From positions 3,480,001-3,512,000 of the forward strand of contig LT962688.1 of NCBI GenBank assembly GCA_900234795.1: a stretch of 32,000 nucleotides of DNA. The letters are read 5' to 3'. Below the pieces are notes generated by a model. The model was given only the letters and a program-made list of their open reading frames with translations. It made no database searches and had not been told where the DNA came from. Of the stretch, positions 9,498 to 21,693 are shown one piece after another. Position 1 is the stretch's first letter; the number at the start of each line of letters is the position of its first letter. The position numbers were made by a program, and so were the translations under genes. The DNA is from Methylorubrum extorquens. Lineage in GTDB: Bacteria > Pseudomonadota > Alphaproteobacteria > Rhizobiales > Beijerinckiaceae.

Positions 9498-10334
9498 TTA
9501 CTTCTTGCGGTTATGGCGGCTGGACAGGATGAAGGTGTCGGTCCGCTTGTTGGACCGGGTCTTCTTCCCCTTGGTGGGCACGCCCCAGGGCGTGACCGGG
9601 TTCCGGCCGCCCGAGGTACGACCCTCGCCGCCGCCGTGCGGGTGATCCACCGGGTTCATGGCGACGCCGCGAACGTGCGGACGCTTGCCGAGCCAGCGGT
9701 TACGGCCGGCCTTGCCCAGCGAGATGTTCATGTGGTCCGGGTTCGAGACCGCACCCACGGTCGCGAAGCACTGACCGTGCACGAGGCGCTGCTCGCCCGA
9801 GTTCAGGCGCAGCGTCACGTAGCCCTGGTCGCGTCCGACGATCTGAGCGTAGTTGCCGGCGGAGCGGGCGATCGCGCCGCCCTTGCCGATCTTCAGCTCG
9901 ACGTTGTGGACGATGGTGCCCACCGGCATGGAGCCGATCGGCGCCGCATTGCCCGGCTTCACGTCGACGCTCTCACCGGCGATCACCTTGTCACCCGGCG
10001 ACAGGCGCTGGGGGGCGAGGATGTAGCTCTGCTTCCCATCGGGGAAGGTGATGAGCGCGATGAACGCCGTCCGGTTCGGATCGTACTCGATCCGCTCCAC
10101 CGTCGCGGGAACGTTGAGGTTCTCGCGACGCTTGAAGTCGACGTTGCGCAGGACCCGCTTGTGGCCACCGCCGCGGAAGCGGACGGTGATGCGGCCCAGG
10201 TTGTTGCGGCCGCCCGAGGAGCTCTTGCCCTCGGTCAGCGCCTTCACCGGCTTGCCCTTGTAGAGCTCACGGCGATCGACGAGCACGAGCTGGCGCAGGC
10301 TCGGCGTGACCGGTTTGAATGTCTTCAAGGCCAT
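9498..10334 (-). CDS. rplB: 50S ribosomal protein L2
   Basis: 278-aa product [17 protein letters not shown]...[22 protein letters not shown]... Confidence 0.95.
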
Positions 10335-10359
10335 CGGCTTGATCCTAACGCTTCAAGTC

Positions 10360-10656
10360 TCAGAGGCCGGTCGTGACGTCGATCGTATCACCCTCGGCGA
10401 GGGTCACGATCGCCTTCTTCACGTCCGAACGCTGCCCGCGCTGCCCGCGGAAGAACTTCTTCTTGCCCTTGGTCGTGAGCGTGTTCACGCCCGTGACCTT
10501 GACGTCGAACAGACGCTCGACCGCTTCCTTGATCTGCGGCTTGGTGGCCTTCGGGGCAACCCGGAAGACGACCTTGTTCTGCTCGGTGAGGTTGGTCGCC
10601 TTCTCCGTGATCACGGGGGAGACGATGATGTCGTAGTGGCGCGGATCGGCACTCAT
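10360..10656 (-). CDS. rplW: 50S ribosomal protein L23
   Basis: 98-aa product ...[47 protein letters not shown]... Its start overlaps the rplD stop. Confidence 0.93.
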   Translation of the reverse strand: MSADPRHYDIIVSPVITEKATNLTEQNKVVFRVAPKATKPQIKEAVERLFDVKVTGVNTLTTKGKKKFFRGQRGQRSDVKKAIVTLAEGDTIDVTTGL

Positions 10657-11276
10657 TTGAAACGCTCCTCCAGCGCATCGACGGCGGCGCGCGTCAGCAC
10701 GAGCGTGTCGCGGCGCAGGATGTCGTAGACGTTGATGCCCTGGACGGGCAGCACATCGATCTTCGGAATGGCGCGGGCGGCGCGGCCGAAGTTCTCGTCC
10801 ACTTCAGAGCCGCCGATGATCAGCGCGCTCGACAGACCGAGCTTCTCGAAGCGCTCGATCATGGCCTTGGTCTTGTGGTTGTCGACCTTGATGTCGTCGA
10901 CGACGATCAGGGTCGACGCCTTGGCCTTGGCCGAGAGGGCGTGCTTGAGCGCCAGCGCGCGGACCTTCTTGGGAAGGTCGTGGCTGTGGTCGCGCACCAC
11001 CGGACCGAAGGCCCGGCCACCGCCGCGGAACTGCGGAGCGGAGGCAGCGCCGTGACGGGCGTTGCCAGTGCCCTTCTGCTTGTACAGCTTCTTCGACGTG
11101 CGATCGACGTCCGAGCGGTTCTTGACGGCGTGCGTGCCGGCGCGCCGCTTGGCAAGCTGGTAGCGCACCATCCGCTGCAGGATGTCGGCGCGCGGCTCGA
11201 GGCCGTAGATCGCCTCGTTGAGCTCGACCGAGCCGGCGGAGCCGCCGTCGAGCGTGGTGATATCGAGTTTCATCAC
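10653..11276 (-). CDS. rplD: 50S ribosomal protein L4
   Basis: 207-aa product [15 protein letters not shown]...[27 protein letters not shown]... Its start overlaps the rplC stop (ATGA). Confidence 0.94.
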   Translation of the reverse strand: MMKLDITTLDGGSAGSVELNEAIYGLEPRADILQRMVRYQLAKRRAGTHAVKNRSDVDRTSKKLYKQKGTGNARHGAASAPQFRGGGRAFGPVVRDHSHDLPKKVRALALKHALSAKAKASTLIVVDDIKVDNHKTKAMIERFEKLGLSSALIIGGSEVDENFGRAARAIPKIDVLPVQGINVYDILRRDTLVLTRAAVDALEERFK

Positions 11277-12013
11277 GCGTTCTCCTCGGACGCCGGAGCC
11301 TCGGGGGCCGCCTCGACCTGGGACGCGCCGGCAGAGCCGTTCTCACGGAACTTGCCCGGCAGCGGCACATCGGCCGGCAGCTTGCGCTTGACCGAGTCGC
11401 GAACCTGGATCCAGCCGCCGGCGACGCCGGGGACAGCGCCTTCGACGAGGATGAGGCCGCGCTCCGGATCGGTGCGGACGACCTTGAGGTTCTGCGTGGT
11501 CACACGCTCGACGCCCAGGTGACCCGGCATCTTCTTGTTCTTGAAGGTCTTGCCCGGATCCTGACGGCCACCGGTCGAACCGATCGAACGGTGGGAGATC
11601 GACACGCCGTGGGTGGCGCGCAGACCGCCGAAGTTCCAGCGCTTCATACCGCCGGCAAACCCCTTACCCGTGCTGGTGCCCGTCACATCGACGAACTGGC
11701 CCGGGATGAAGTGGTCGGCCGTGATTTCGGCACCGACCGGGATCAGCGCGTCCTCGGACACGCGGAACTCGGCGAGCTTCTTCTTGGGCTCGACCTTGGC
11801 GACCGCGAAGCGGCCGCGCTCGGCCTGCGACACGTTCTTTACCTTGGCCTTGCCGACGCCGACCTGGAGAGCGACGTAGCCATCCTTCTCGGTCGTGCGG
11901 TGTGCCACAACTTGGCACTGATCAATCTGGAGCACAGTGACGGGCACATGCTCGCCAGCGTCTGTAAAGACGCGGGTCATGCCGACCTTCCGTGCGATGA
12001 CGCCTGAGCGCAT
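11273..12013 (-). CDS. rplC: 50S ribosomal protein L3
   Basis: 246-aa product [29 protein letters not shown]...[23 protein letters not shown]... Confidence 0.95.
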   Translation of the reverse strand: MRSGVIARKVGMTRVFTDAGEHVPVTVLQIDQCQVVAHRTTEKDGYVALQVGVGKAKVKNVSQAERGRFAVAKVEPKKKLAEFRVSEDALIPVGAEITADHFIPGQFVDVTGTSTGKGFAGGMKRWNFGGLRATHGVSISHRSIGSTGGRQDPGKTFKNKKMPGHLGVERVTTQNLKVVRTDPERGLILVEGAVPGVAGGWIQVRDSVKRKLPADVPLPGKFRENGSAGASQVEAAPEAPASEENA

Positions 12014-12063
12014 AGGTCTCTCCCTCGCGCGATGAAACGGTAAGCTCTAAATCCGACGCGGAC

Positions 12064-12372
12064 TTAGAGCTTGATCTCCACGTCCACGCCAGCGGCGAGG
12101 TCGAGCTTCATCAGCGCGTCCACGGTCTGCGGCGTCGGGTCGACGATATCGAGCACCCGCTTGTGCGTGCGCATCTCGAACTGCTCGCGCGACTTCTTAT
12201 CGATGTGCGGCGAACGGTTCACCGTGAACTTCTCGATATGGGTCGGCAGCGGGATCGGGCCCCGGATCTGCGCGCCGGTCCGGCGCGCGGTCGAGACGAT
12301 TTCCTTGGTGGACGCATCGAGGATGCGGTGATCGAACGCCTTAAGGCGAATGCGGATGTTCTGACCGTTCAT
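12064..12372 (-). CDS. rpsJ: 30S ribosomal protein S10
   Basis: [44 protein letters not shown]... Confidence 0.95.
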
Positions 12373-12451
12373 GACCTGACCTCGGCGGAAACGTTGAGGA
12401 GCGGGCGCGAGGGCCCGCCCCTCTTACGTCCCCTGTCGATGATGCTTGCGG

Positions 12452-13644
<1,193 letters not shown>

Positions 13645-13697
13645 CAGGGCCTCCTAATCGTCAGTGTCGTTGATCGAGGAAGTTTGACGCGTTCGCG

Positions 13698-15773
13698 TCA
13701 GGCGTACTTGGCAATGACCTTGTCGGCCTCGCCGCGCGGCACTTCCTCGTAATGGTCGAACTGCATCGTGAAGTTGGCGCGTCCCTGGGAGAAGGAGCGC
13801 AACTGGTTCACGTAGCCGAACATGTTGGCCAGCGGCACCATCGCGTTGATGACGTTGGCGTTGCCGCGCATGTCCTGGCCTTGGATCTGGCCGCGGCGGG
13901 AGTTGAGGTCGCCGATGACCGAGCCGGTATACTCTTCCGGCGAAACCACTTCGACCTTCATCACCGGCTCGAGCAGAACCGATCCGCCCTTCTGCAGCGC
14001 CTCGCGGAAGGCGGCGCGGGAGGCGATTTCGAAGGCCAGCGCCGAGGAGTCGACGTCGTGGTAGGCGCCGTCGATCAGCTCGACCTTGACGTCGACCACG
14101 GGGAAGCCGGCGAGCACGCCCGCGCCGAGGACCGAGTTGAGGCCCTTCTCGACGCCGGGGATGTACTCCTTCGGCACCGCACCGCCGACGATCTTCGACT
14201 CGAAGGCGAAGCCGGCGCCCGGCTCGTTCGGCTCGACCACGAACTTCACCCGGGCGAACTGACCGGTACCACCGGTCTGCTTCTTGTGGGTGTAGTCGAT
14301 CTCCTGACGGCGGGTCAGCTTCTCGCGGTACGCCACCTGCGGCTGACCGATATTCGCGTCGACCTTATAGGTACGGCGCAGGATATCGACCTTGATGTCG
14401 AGGTGGAGCTCGCCCATCCCGCGAAGGATGGTCTGGCCGGATTCCTGGTCGGTCGAGACCCGGAAGGACGGATCCTCGGCGGCGAGCTTCGAGAGCGCGA
14501 TGCCGAGCTTCTCCTGATCGGCCTTCGACTTGGGCTCGACGGCGATCTCGATGACGGGTTCGGGGAACTCCATCTTCTCGAGGATCACCGCGTCCTTCGG
14601 ATCGCACAGCGTATCGCCGGTGCGGGTGTCCTTGAGACCGGCCAGGGCGACGATGTCGCCGGCGAAGGCTTCCTTCACGTCCTCACGGTTGTTGGCGTGC
14701 ATCAGCAACATGCGGCCGACGCGCTCTTTCTTGTCGCGCGACGAGTTGATGACGTTGGCGCCCGACTCGACCTTGCCGGAATAGACGCGGCAGAAGGTGA
14801 TCGTTCCGACGTGGGGATCGTCCATGATCTTGAAGGCGAGCATGGAGAAGGGATCGCTGTCGGTCGGGTGGCGAACCACCTCTTCCTCGGTCTTGAAGTC
14901 GAGGCCCTTGATCTCGCCGCGGTCGGCGGGAGACGGCAGGTAATCGACGACGGCGTCGAGGAGCGGCTGCACGCCCTTGTTCTTGAAGGCCGAGCCGCAG
15001 AGCACCGGATGGAAGGCACGAAGCTGCACCGCCTTGCGCACGAGCTTGCGCAGGGTCTCCTCGTCCGGCTCCACGCCGTCGAGGTAGGCGGTCATCGCGT
15101 CGTCGTCGAGCTCGACGCAGGCCTCGATCATCTTGGTGCGGTACTCGATCGCCTGATCGGCGAGATCGGCCGGGATCTCCTCCTCGGAGAAGTTGGCGCC
15201 GAGCGCCTCACCCGACCAAACGATCGCCTTCATCTTGATGAGGTCGATCACGCCCTTGAAGCTGGACTCGGCACCGATCGGCAGCTGCAGGCAGACGGGC
15301 TTACCGGCGACGCGGCCGATGATGTCGGCGACGCACTTGAAGAAGTCGGCGCCGATCTTGTCCATCTTGTTGACGAACACGACGCGCGGCACGTCGTACT
15401 TGTCGGCCTGACGCCACACGGTCTCGGTCTGGGGCTCGACGCCCTGGTTGCCGTCGAGCACGCAGACGGCGCCGTCGAGCACGCGGAGCGAGCGCTCCAC
15501 CTCGATGGTGAAGTCGACGTGACCGGGGGTGTCGATGATGTTCAGGCGCTTGTCGCGCCAGAAGCAGGTGGTCGCAGCCGAGGTGATCGTGATGCCACGC
15601 TCCTGCTCCTGCTCCATCCAGTCCATCGTCGCCGCGCCCTCATGGACTTCGCCGATCTTATGGGACTTGCCGGTGTAGTAGAGGATCCGCTCGGTCGTCG
15701 TGGTCTTGCCGGCATCGATGTGAGCCATGATGCCGAAGTTACGGTAGTCCTCGATCGCATGCGTGCGGGGCAT
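13698..15773 (-). CDS. fusA: Elongation factor G
   Basis: 691-aa product [63 protein letters not shown]... Confidence 0.96.
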   Translation of the reverse strand: MPRTHAIEDYRNFGIMAHIDAGKTTTTERILYYTGKSHKIGEVHEGAATMDWMEQEQERGITITSAATTCFWRDKRLNIIDTPGHVDFTIEVERSLRVLDGAVCVLDGNQGVEPQTETVWRQADKYDVPRVVFVNKMDKIGADFFKCVADIIGRVAGKPVCLQLPIGAESSFKGVIDLIKMKAIVWSGEALGANFSEEEIPADLADQAIEYRTKMIEACVELDDDAMTAYLDGVEPDEETLRKLVRKAVQLRAFHPVLCGSAFKNKGVQPLLDAVVDYLPSPADRGEIKGLDFKTEEEVVRHPTDSDPFSMLAFKIMDDPHVGTITFCRVYSGKVESGANVINSSRDKKERVGRMLLMHANNREDVKEAFAGDIVALAGLKDTRTGDTLCDPKDAVILEKMEFPEPVIEIAVEPKSKADQEKLGIALSKLAAEDPSFRVSTDQESGQTILRGMGELHLDIKVDILRRTYKVDANIGQPQVAYREKLTRRQEIDYTHKKQTGGTGQFARVKFVVEPNEPGAGFAFESKIVGGAVPKEYIPGVEKGLNSVLGAGVLAGFPVVDVKVELIDGAYHDVDSSALAFEIASRAAFREALQKGGSVLLEPVMKVEVVSPEEYTGSVIGDLNSRRGQIQGQDMRGNANVINAMVPLANMFGYVNQLRSFSQGRANFTMQFDHYEEVPRGEADKVIAKYA

Positions 15774-15836
15774 CGGGGTCTCTCCGGGAGAATGCGGGCT
15801 TGGAGCGCGGCCCGGTGGCCGCGCTCGACAGGCGAA

Positions 15837-16307
15837 TTACCAGCGGTAGTGCGAGAAGGCGCGGTTGGCCTCGGCCATCCGGTGGGTGTCTTCACGCTTC
15901 TTGACCGCGTTGCCGCGGTTGTTGGCGGCGTCGAGCAGCTCGGCGGAGAGACGCTCGATCATGGTCCGGTCGTTGCGGCCGCGGGCGGCCTGGATCAGCC
16001 AGCGGATCGCGAGAGCCTGACGGCGCTCGGTGCGGACTTCGACGGGAACCTGGTAGGTCGCGCCACCGACGCGGCGGGAGCGGACCTCGATGGCCGGGGC
16101 GACGTTGTCGAGCGCGGCGCGGAACACCTCGATCGGGTTGGCGCGGGCGCGGTTCTCGACGATGTCGAACGCGCCGTAGACGATCCGCTCGGCGGTCGAC
16201 TTCTTGCCCTCGTACATGATGGAATTCATGAACTTGGTCAGGACGACGTCGCCGTACTTGGCGTCCGGGATGATCTCGCGCTTCTCGGCAGAGTGACGAC
16301 GGGACAT
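15837..16307 (-). CDS. rpsG: 30S ribosomal protein S7
   Basis: 156-aa product [47 protein letters not shown]... Confidence 0.95.
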   Translation of the reverse strand: MSRRHSAEKREIIPDAKYGDVVLTKFMNSIMYEGKKSTAERIVYGAFDIVENRARANPIEVFRAALDNVAPAIEVRSRRVGGATYQVPVEVRTERRQALAIRWLIQAARGRNDRTMIERLSAELLDAANNRGNAVKKREDTHRMAEANRAFSHYRW

Positions 16308-16413
16308 CTGTTTGCTCTCAGATTAATCGACTTAAGCACCTCGCGCAGGCCGCCTTGAGCGTAAACGCCGGCGACATCCTTGCGAGGCCGTGGAAATGGC
16401 CGTCCGGAGATTC

Positions 16414-16785
16414 TTACTTCGGACGCTTTGCACCGTACTTCGAACGGCGCTGCTTGCGGTTCTTGACGCCCTGCGTGTCGAGCACGCCGCGCAGGATGTG
16501 GTAGCGCACACCCGGAAGGTCCTTCACGCGGCCGCCGCGGATCATGACCACGGAGTGCTCCTGAAGGTTATGCCCCTCACCGGGGATGTAACCGATCACC
16601 TCGAAGCCGTTGGTCAGGCGCACCTTGGCGACCTTACGAAGCGCCGAGTTCGGCTTCTTCGGGGTCGTGGTGTAGACGCGCGTGCAGACGCCGCGCTTCT
16701 GCGGGCAGGCGTTGAGCGCCGGCACCTTGTTGCGCGCCTTCTGCGCCTTGCGCGGCTGGGCGATCAGTTGGTTGATCGTCGGCAT
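16414..16785 (-). CDS. rpsL: 30S ribosomal protein S12
   Basis: 123-aa product [52 protein letters not shown]... Confidence 0.96.
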
Positions 16786-17173
16786 CCTGTGCCCTCTTCA
16801 TCCGGCCGCGCAGGGCGGCCACCGTCTGAAACCTGTCGAAGCCCCTTGCGGAGCGGCCGGGCCCCGGGCGAACCCGCGGCAAAACGAATAGCGCCAGAGG
16901 CCGATCAAGGCCTTTGACGATGGTGAGGCAGAGGATCACGCCGTGAACGACGCGTTCTTACCCGCTGATCTGACGAATACGTCAGGTTTTGATGCCGGTA
17001 TCGGTCTGACGACGGTCGCCGAAGCCCCTGGCCTCGACCCGAAAGCGACTCTCGATCCACCGGAGTGGCGCGCTTCTACGCGGGGTGGCCGGGCCCGTCA
17101 ATGCCCGGAGAGGATAAAGTTCGATGAACGGACGTCCGATCTGCGTTCCGGACGGTGATCGGCCGCTCGGTTG

Positions 17174-20100
17174 TTATTCGGCGGCGCTGGGCAGGCGGAA
17201 CGCGTCGATTCCGCGCCGATCCGGGTTGATTTCAGCCAACGCCCGCTTGGCGGTTTCCAGCGGATGCTCGGCCTCGATTCGCACCGAGCCGAGATCCGGG
17301 CTTTTGTAGACGGTGACGACCGTATCCATCACTTCGGTCAGCGTCGTGCGCTTGTCCTCGGGCGCGGCGATGAGGAGTTGCAGGCCCCAGGCGCGGAAGA
17401 GATCGACCAGCGACTGGCTGTTGCGCACGTCGAGTTTCGAGAAGGCTTCATCGAGAAGGCAGAGGCCGAGGCCCGGTGTCTCGTCGCCGGGGCGGTCGCC
17501 GGGATAATAGGCCGAGGCCATGGAGGCTGCGATCGCGACGTAGAACGGCGCCTGCGCCTCGCCGCCCGAACCGCGTAGCGCCCGGCTCGACAGGGTGGTG
17601 CGGTTGCCCGCCCGGTCGCGCATGCCGATCTCGTAGACGAAGTAGTTGCGGTAATCGGCCAGCCGCGCCGCGTTCTCCTCGCCCTCGATCAGCGCCGTAA
17701 TCTCGGCAAGTGCGGCGGCGAGCGGGCTGTTATTCGGTCCGCCCTCAGCGCCATTGTCGGGGCTCGGCAGCACCGCCTGCGCCGCATCGGGCGAGCGCGC
17801 GACTTCCGTGGCGAGCGCGTGGACGGCGGCGTAGCGGCGGTCCACCTCCGCCTCGAAGGCGTAGGTTTGGCCGGTGAAGGTCTGCGACGCCAGCCGCTCG
17901 TTGAGGGCGTCGAGCCGGGCACGCATCCGCTCGAACTTGTCGGCGAGCCGGGTCAGCAGATCCTCGGTCATGAGGCGGCGCATCTCGGCCTCCGCCCGGA
18001 GCGACTGGTCGCGGTAGCGGCGCAGTTCGTGCCCCGCCACCTCGTCGCGCTCGCGGGTCGCCCAGGCATAGCCGAACGAGGCCGGCTGCTCGCCCGAACC
18101 GAGCGGGTTCTCGACGCGCCACGCGGCGCAATACTCGGCAAGATCCCGCTCGGCGGCTCGACCCTGGTTGCGCACGCTGTCGGCGGCCTCGCGGGCGGAA
18201 GCGCGGGCCTGCGAGGCCAGCGACGCCAGCGCCTTGGTATCGAGCGCGGCGCGGTCCGCCCGTGCCGCGGCGATCCCGGCCACCGTGTCCGGCACGTCGG
18301 CGGGAACGGTGCCGGTGAGACGGATGCGGACGGTGTCGCCGGAGGTCCAGCGCTTGAGCGCCGTGCGGTAGGCTAGGAACGCGGTGCGTGCCGCCTCCCT
18401 CCCCTGCGCGACACGGGCCTTCAGCCCCGCCTCCTCGGCGAGCGCGGCGTCGCGCTTGGGCTCCAGCACCTGAACGAGTTCGGTGAGATAGGCGGAGCGC
18501 TCCTTCTGAAGCTCCTTCAGCTCCGCCTCGATCACGCCGGCATCGGCGCGGGCGACGGTCTCCTGCTCGGTGGAAAGGCTGCGGCGGCGGCCCTCGATGG
18601 CGTCGGCCTCGGCGCGCAGGGCTTCGAGATCGATCGGTGCTTCCGCCAGCCGGCTCCGCAGCAGCGCGGCGATGCGGGCGGCCTCGCGCATCACCGTGGC
18701 CTCGGCCCGCAGGGTCCGCGCCTCCTCGCGCGCCTCCTCGAGACGGCGGCGGGTCTCGGCGGTGGGCCCGCGCTGGCCGCGGGTCATCATCAGCGGCACG
18801 GGGCGCACGACCGAATAGGCCATGCCCGAAGTCGAGCGCCCGCTCGGCGCCACGGCGCGGCTCATGTTCCGGAGCGCGGCATCATCGGGCGCGAGATCGT
18901 AGCCGCCGAGCCGCGCGGCGAGGAAGGCCTCGGCGTGGTCGCTGTCGGTCTCGATCAGGCCCATCGGCCCGTCATCGAAGCGCCGCGCGGCGCGCCGCGC
19001 CGTATCGGTGGTCTTCACCAGGAGACAGCGGAAGAACTGATTCTTTCGGGACTCGAGCAGGGCGAAGGCGCGGTCCAGCCGGTCGGGCTCGACCACTAGC
19101 GCCTCGCGGGCGCGGCCGAGCAGGCCTTCGAGCGCCGGGCCCCATTTCGGATCGACGATCTCGGCGAGTTCGCAGATCGGCGCCGCCTCAATGCCGAGCC
19201 GGCCCAACTCCTCGCGGAACGCCTCCGTGTCGGAGGACAGGCGTGCAGCGGAGGAACGGCCGGCATTCACCTGCCCATCGAGGCCGCGAACCTCGTTCTC
19301 GCGCTCGCGGGCCTTGAGGGCGAGGTCTTCCGCTTCCTCTTCCAGGATGCCGGACACGTCCGGCATCTGCGCCAGCCCTTCGAGCAGACCTTTCAGCGGC
19401 CCATCGACCCGGAGAATGTCCTCCGGCGGCGCCTCGCGGCGGAGGCCTGAGCGGGCGCAGGCCTCGACGATGCGCGCCGCCTGAAGATCGATCCGGCGCA
19501 AGGGACCGGCAATGGCGCTGAGGCGGCCGGCATCCTGCACGAGGCCGACGATCCCGGCGAGGCGGTTGGTCAGGTCGCGCCGGTCGCGGGCGACCACGGC
19601 GAGACCGGCATGGGAGGCCGCAAGCCGCGCCTCCGCCACGCTGCCGACGATCAACGCCTTTCGGGCGGCGATCTCGGTGTCGATCTCGCGCACGAAGCCC
19701 TGGCTCGTCGCCACGCTTTCGCGGGCGATGCGCAGGCGCTCCGACGTCTCGGCGAGCAGGCGGCGGGCCTCCGCATGGTCGAGAATGCGGCGGCGCAGAT
19801 CCGCACCGGCGGCGCGCATCTCGTCGAGGGCGGCGGTAAGGCTTGCCCGGGCCCAGCCCTCGTAGCGCGCGCAGATGCGTGAGAGGTGGGCGAGGCGCTT
19901 CTCCAGTTCCTCGATGGTCTCCAGCAGGCGCCGCCACGTCTCGATCGACTGGCGGATGCGGGCGACATCGAGCGGCTCGGCCTCCAGCACGAAGCTGCGC
20001 ACGAAGGCGCTGGTGTCGAAGATCGGCTTGAACGCCACCGCATTGGAGAAGGTGCGCAGGAACTGGCGCGGATCGGGCACGGCCGCCCCCTCGCGCAGGG

Positions 20101-20653
20101 TCGCCAGCACGGCGGCGGTGAAGCGCTCGCCGGAGGTGCGGAACTCCTCGAACGTATCGGCCCGGCGGCGGAGGTCGGCGGCGATCTCGGCCCAGGGCGC
20201 GACGAAGCTGCCCTCGCTCGTCTCGCGCACGTAATCGGCGATCTCGAAACGGTGGCCGACGGCGATGAAGCGCGAAAGCGTCTCTTCCTTCGGCTCCTCG
20301 GAGCGGGCGGCGAGCGCCAGCCCGACCGTGACGATGCGGCCGCTCGAAGGGTTCTCGAACACGAGCGCAATAAGGGTTTCGCAGGCCTCGCGCGTCGGGC
20401 GCCCGCCCTCGGCCGGGTCGCTGATCCAGCCGAGGCAGTAGTCGCGCACTGTGCGTGCGCTGCGGCCCGAGGCGGAGGCGTTGAGCGCGAGCCGGCTCGC
20501 ATTGTTGCCGGCCAGCACCGTGCCGACCGCGTCGAAGATCGTCGACTTGCCCGCCCCCGTGGGACCGACAAGCGCCGCCGCGCCCCGAATCCGGATCTGC
20601 TCGCGCCGGATGAGGTACCAATTCGAGATCGCAATATCGGTGAGGCGGTACAC
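17174..20653 (-). CDS. jetC: SMC-like ATPase, JetC/MksB-like (Wadjet/MksBEF family candidate)
   Basis: 1159-aa ORF with a GTG start, which is fixed by an in-frame TAA four codons upstream. The N-terminus MYRLTDIAISNWYLIR...LVGPTGAGKSTIFDAV carries Walker A. About 900 aa of Ala/Arg/Glu-rich coiled coil contain a central hinge-like block (VDPKWGPALEGLLGRAREALVVEP). The C-terminus has the ABC signature (GSGGEAQ) and Walker B (LCLLDEAF). Confidence 0.65.
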   Translation of the reverse strand: MYRLTDIAISNWYLIRREQIRIRGAAALVGPTGAGKSTIFDAVGTVLAGNNASRLALNASASGRSARTVRDYCLGWISDPAEGGRPTREACETLIALVFENPSSGRIVTVGLALAARSEEPKEETLSRFIAVGHRFEIADYVRETSEGSFVAPWAEIAADLRRRADTFEEFRTSGERFTAAVLATLREGAAVPDPRQFLRTFSNAVAFKPIFDTSAFVRSFVLEAEPLDVARIRQSIETWRRLLETIEELEKRLAHLSRICARYEGWARASLTAALDEMRAAGADLRRRILDHAEARRLLAETSERLRIARESVATSQGFVREIDTEIAARKALIVGSVAEARLAASHAGLAVVARDRRDLTNRLAGIVGLVQDAGRLSAIAGPLRRIDLQAARIVEACARSGLRREAPPEDILRVDGPLKGLLEGLAQMPDVSGILEEEAEDLALKARERENEVRGLDGQVNAGRSSAARLSSDTEAFREELGRLGIEAAPICELAEIVDPKWGPALEGLLGRAREALVVEPDRLDRAFALLESRKNQFFRCLLVKTTDTARRAARRFDDGPMGLIETDSDHAEAFLAARLGGYDLAPDDAALRNMSRAVAPSGRSTSGMAYSVVRPVPLMMTRGQRGPTAETRRRLEEAREEARTLRAEATVMREAARIAALLRSRLAEAPIDLEALRAEADAIEGRRRSLSTEQETVARADAGVIEAELKELQKERSAYLTELVQVLEPKRDAALAEEAGLKARVAQGREAARTAFLAYRTALKRWTSGDTVRIRLTGTVPADVPDTVAGIAAARADRAALDTKALASLASQARASAREAADSVRNQGRAAERDLAEYCAAWRVENPLGSGEQPASFGYAWATRERDEVAGHELRRYRDQSLRAEAEMRRLMTEDLLTRLADKFERMRARLDALNERLASQTFTGQTYAFEAEVDRRYAAVHALATEVARSPDAAQAVLPSPDNGAEGGPNNSPLAAALAEITALIEGEENAARLADYRNYFVYEIGMRDRAGNRTTLSSRALRGSGGEAQAPFYVAIAASMASAYYPGDRPGDETPGLGLCLLDEAFSKLDVRNSQSLVDLFRAWGLQLLIAAPEDKRTTLTEVMDTVVTVYKSPDLGSVRIEAEHPLETAKRALAEINPDRRGIDAFRLPSAAE

Positions 20654-21086
20654 CAGCCCGGCCGCTTATCCCGAGGTTGAACGAGAGACAGCGCAATGGA
20701 CGCTACGCCTCGCACACGCAAGGGCGGGATCGCGGCGGGCCGCGGACGCCGCCCGATCGGCACAATCTGAGGATGCCCAACCGTCGATGCACGACCGCTC
20801 CGAGCGGCCGACGGCTTCGATACAGCAATCACCGACCCGTGATTTGACGGGGCCGCGTCGATCCGAGACCAGAGCCACTCGGCTGAGCGTCGGGCCCCGA
20901 CGCACGAAACAACTATCGCAGATCTCTTGCAACGGCAGGTTCATAAAACCTGTTCGATTACTGCCTTTCAAAGCCCCCTGCGTACTCTGACACATGCGAG
21001 AAACACTGATTTTGACGCAACCCCAATACGATCCGTGCCATACGGTGAATTGCGCTCTCCGACCGTCCAGAACTCCGATCGCTGAA

Positions 21087-21194
21087 ATGTCCGCCCGCCG
21101 TCCACGCCTGACTTACGGTGTTCTGTTTATTGTCGCCTCGATTGTTCTATGGGGCACGGCATCATGGGTTGCAGGCAGTATCATCTGGGTCTGA
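21087..21194 (+). CDS. Hypothetical 35-aa single-pass membrane peptide (speculative)
   Basis: MSARRPRLTYGVLFIVASIVLWGTASWVAGSIIWV has a basic N-terminus followed by one hydrophobic helix. It lies in a visibly lower-GC islet and is the ATG-initiated part of track ORF 20994..21194. Confidence 0.25.
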   Translation: MSARRPRLTYGVLFIVASIVLWGTASWVAGSIIWV

Positions 21195-21201
21195 GACCGG
21201 C

Positions 21202-21429
21202 TTAGACGTCTTTCCTGCAAGCGATGTAGCCTCCCACAACATAGCCACCCTGCAACGCGCAGAGGGAGGCGGCGATCATCAACAGGTCGGCCAGCACCAA
21301 CTGGCCACTGTAAAAGTGATAAATGATCCGCGCGATGATGACAAAGAAACTCGCGACGGCAAGCATCCCCCAGTGATAAAACATGCCGATCAGTATACCG
21401 GCAATAACGAGAAGCGGGATCGCTAGCAC
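21202..21429 (-). CDS. Hypothetical 75-aa polytopic membrane protein (about 3 predicted hydrophobic helices)
   Basis: GTG start. Almost the whole sequence is hydrophobic (LAIPLLVIAGILIGMFY / GMLAVASFFVIIARIIYHFY / LVLADLLMIAASLCALQGGYVVGGYIA). Its AT-rich codons (att, tat, ttt, agt) are unlike the rest of the window. It converges on the 35-aa ORF with a 7-nt gap. Confidence 0.35.
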   Translation of the reverse strand: MLAIPLLVIAGILIGMFYHWGMLAVASFFVIIARIIYHFYSGQLVLADLLMIAASLCALQGGYVVGGYIACRKDV

Positions 21430-21693
21430 GGGATCATGACCCTATCCTGCCGGATCGGCATCTGAGAGCCTTTTTGACGAAATCTTTCCTTAGGTTACCG
21501 CCGCGGCCGATCGCGCGCAAAGGGTCACTTGGCTTAAAACTAGGCGAATTCTGCAGGTTCCCCCTTTATCGAACGGCATCGTTAACGGACCGGTCACCCT
21601 AAGGTTGGGCGTCCGGCCGGGAAGGCATCAGCTTGGTGCCGCTGCGTATCGATCCGCATATCCGCGTATCCGGCGGTCGTCGGAAGGGCATAG

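Noticed and set aside
12373-12451. GC hairpin (GCGGGC-N6-GCCCGC, 12401-12418) between tuf and rpsJ, considered as an S10-leader attenuator
   Set aside because: The structure is real, but only a weak U-rich tail follows it on the - strand. I cannot distinguish an attenuator from a generic GC hairpin without comparative data.
13752-16358. 868-aa + strand ORF
   Set aside because: It is antisense to fusA and rpsG. Its low-complexity Asp/Gly/Leu/Val/Arg composition is typical of the mirror frame of GC-rich genes. The same reasoning applies to 7492..8823, 8866..9645, 9486..10376, 10875..11522 and 12446..13384.
16943-17158. 71-aa + strand ORF in the jetC-rpsL spacer
   Set aside because: It has no Shine-Dalgarno, no motif and an odd composition. 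It lies in the presumed rpsL promoter and leader region.
19188-20832. Long - strand ORFs 19188..20696 and 19651..20832, and + strand ORFs inside the jetC-like gene
   Set aside because: These are alternative frames of the same GC-rich DNA, extremely Arg/Pro/Ala-rich and without motifs. The jetC-like frame carries a coherent set of ATPase motifs.
20666-20995. 109-aa - strand ORF ending 12 nt upstream of the jetC-like start
   Set aside because: It is Cys/Arg/Ser-rich with no motif. It spans a compositional boundary, has no Shine-Dalgarno, and has no resemblance to the jetB-like C-terminus. It is probably non-coding.
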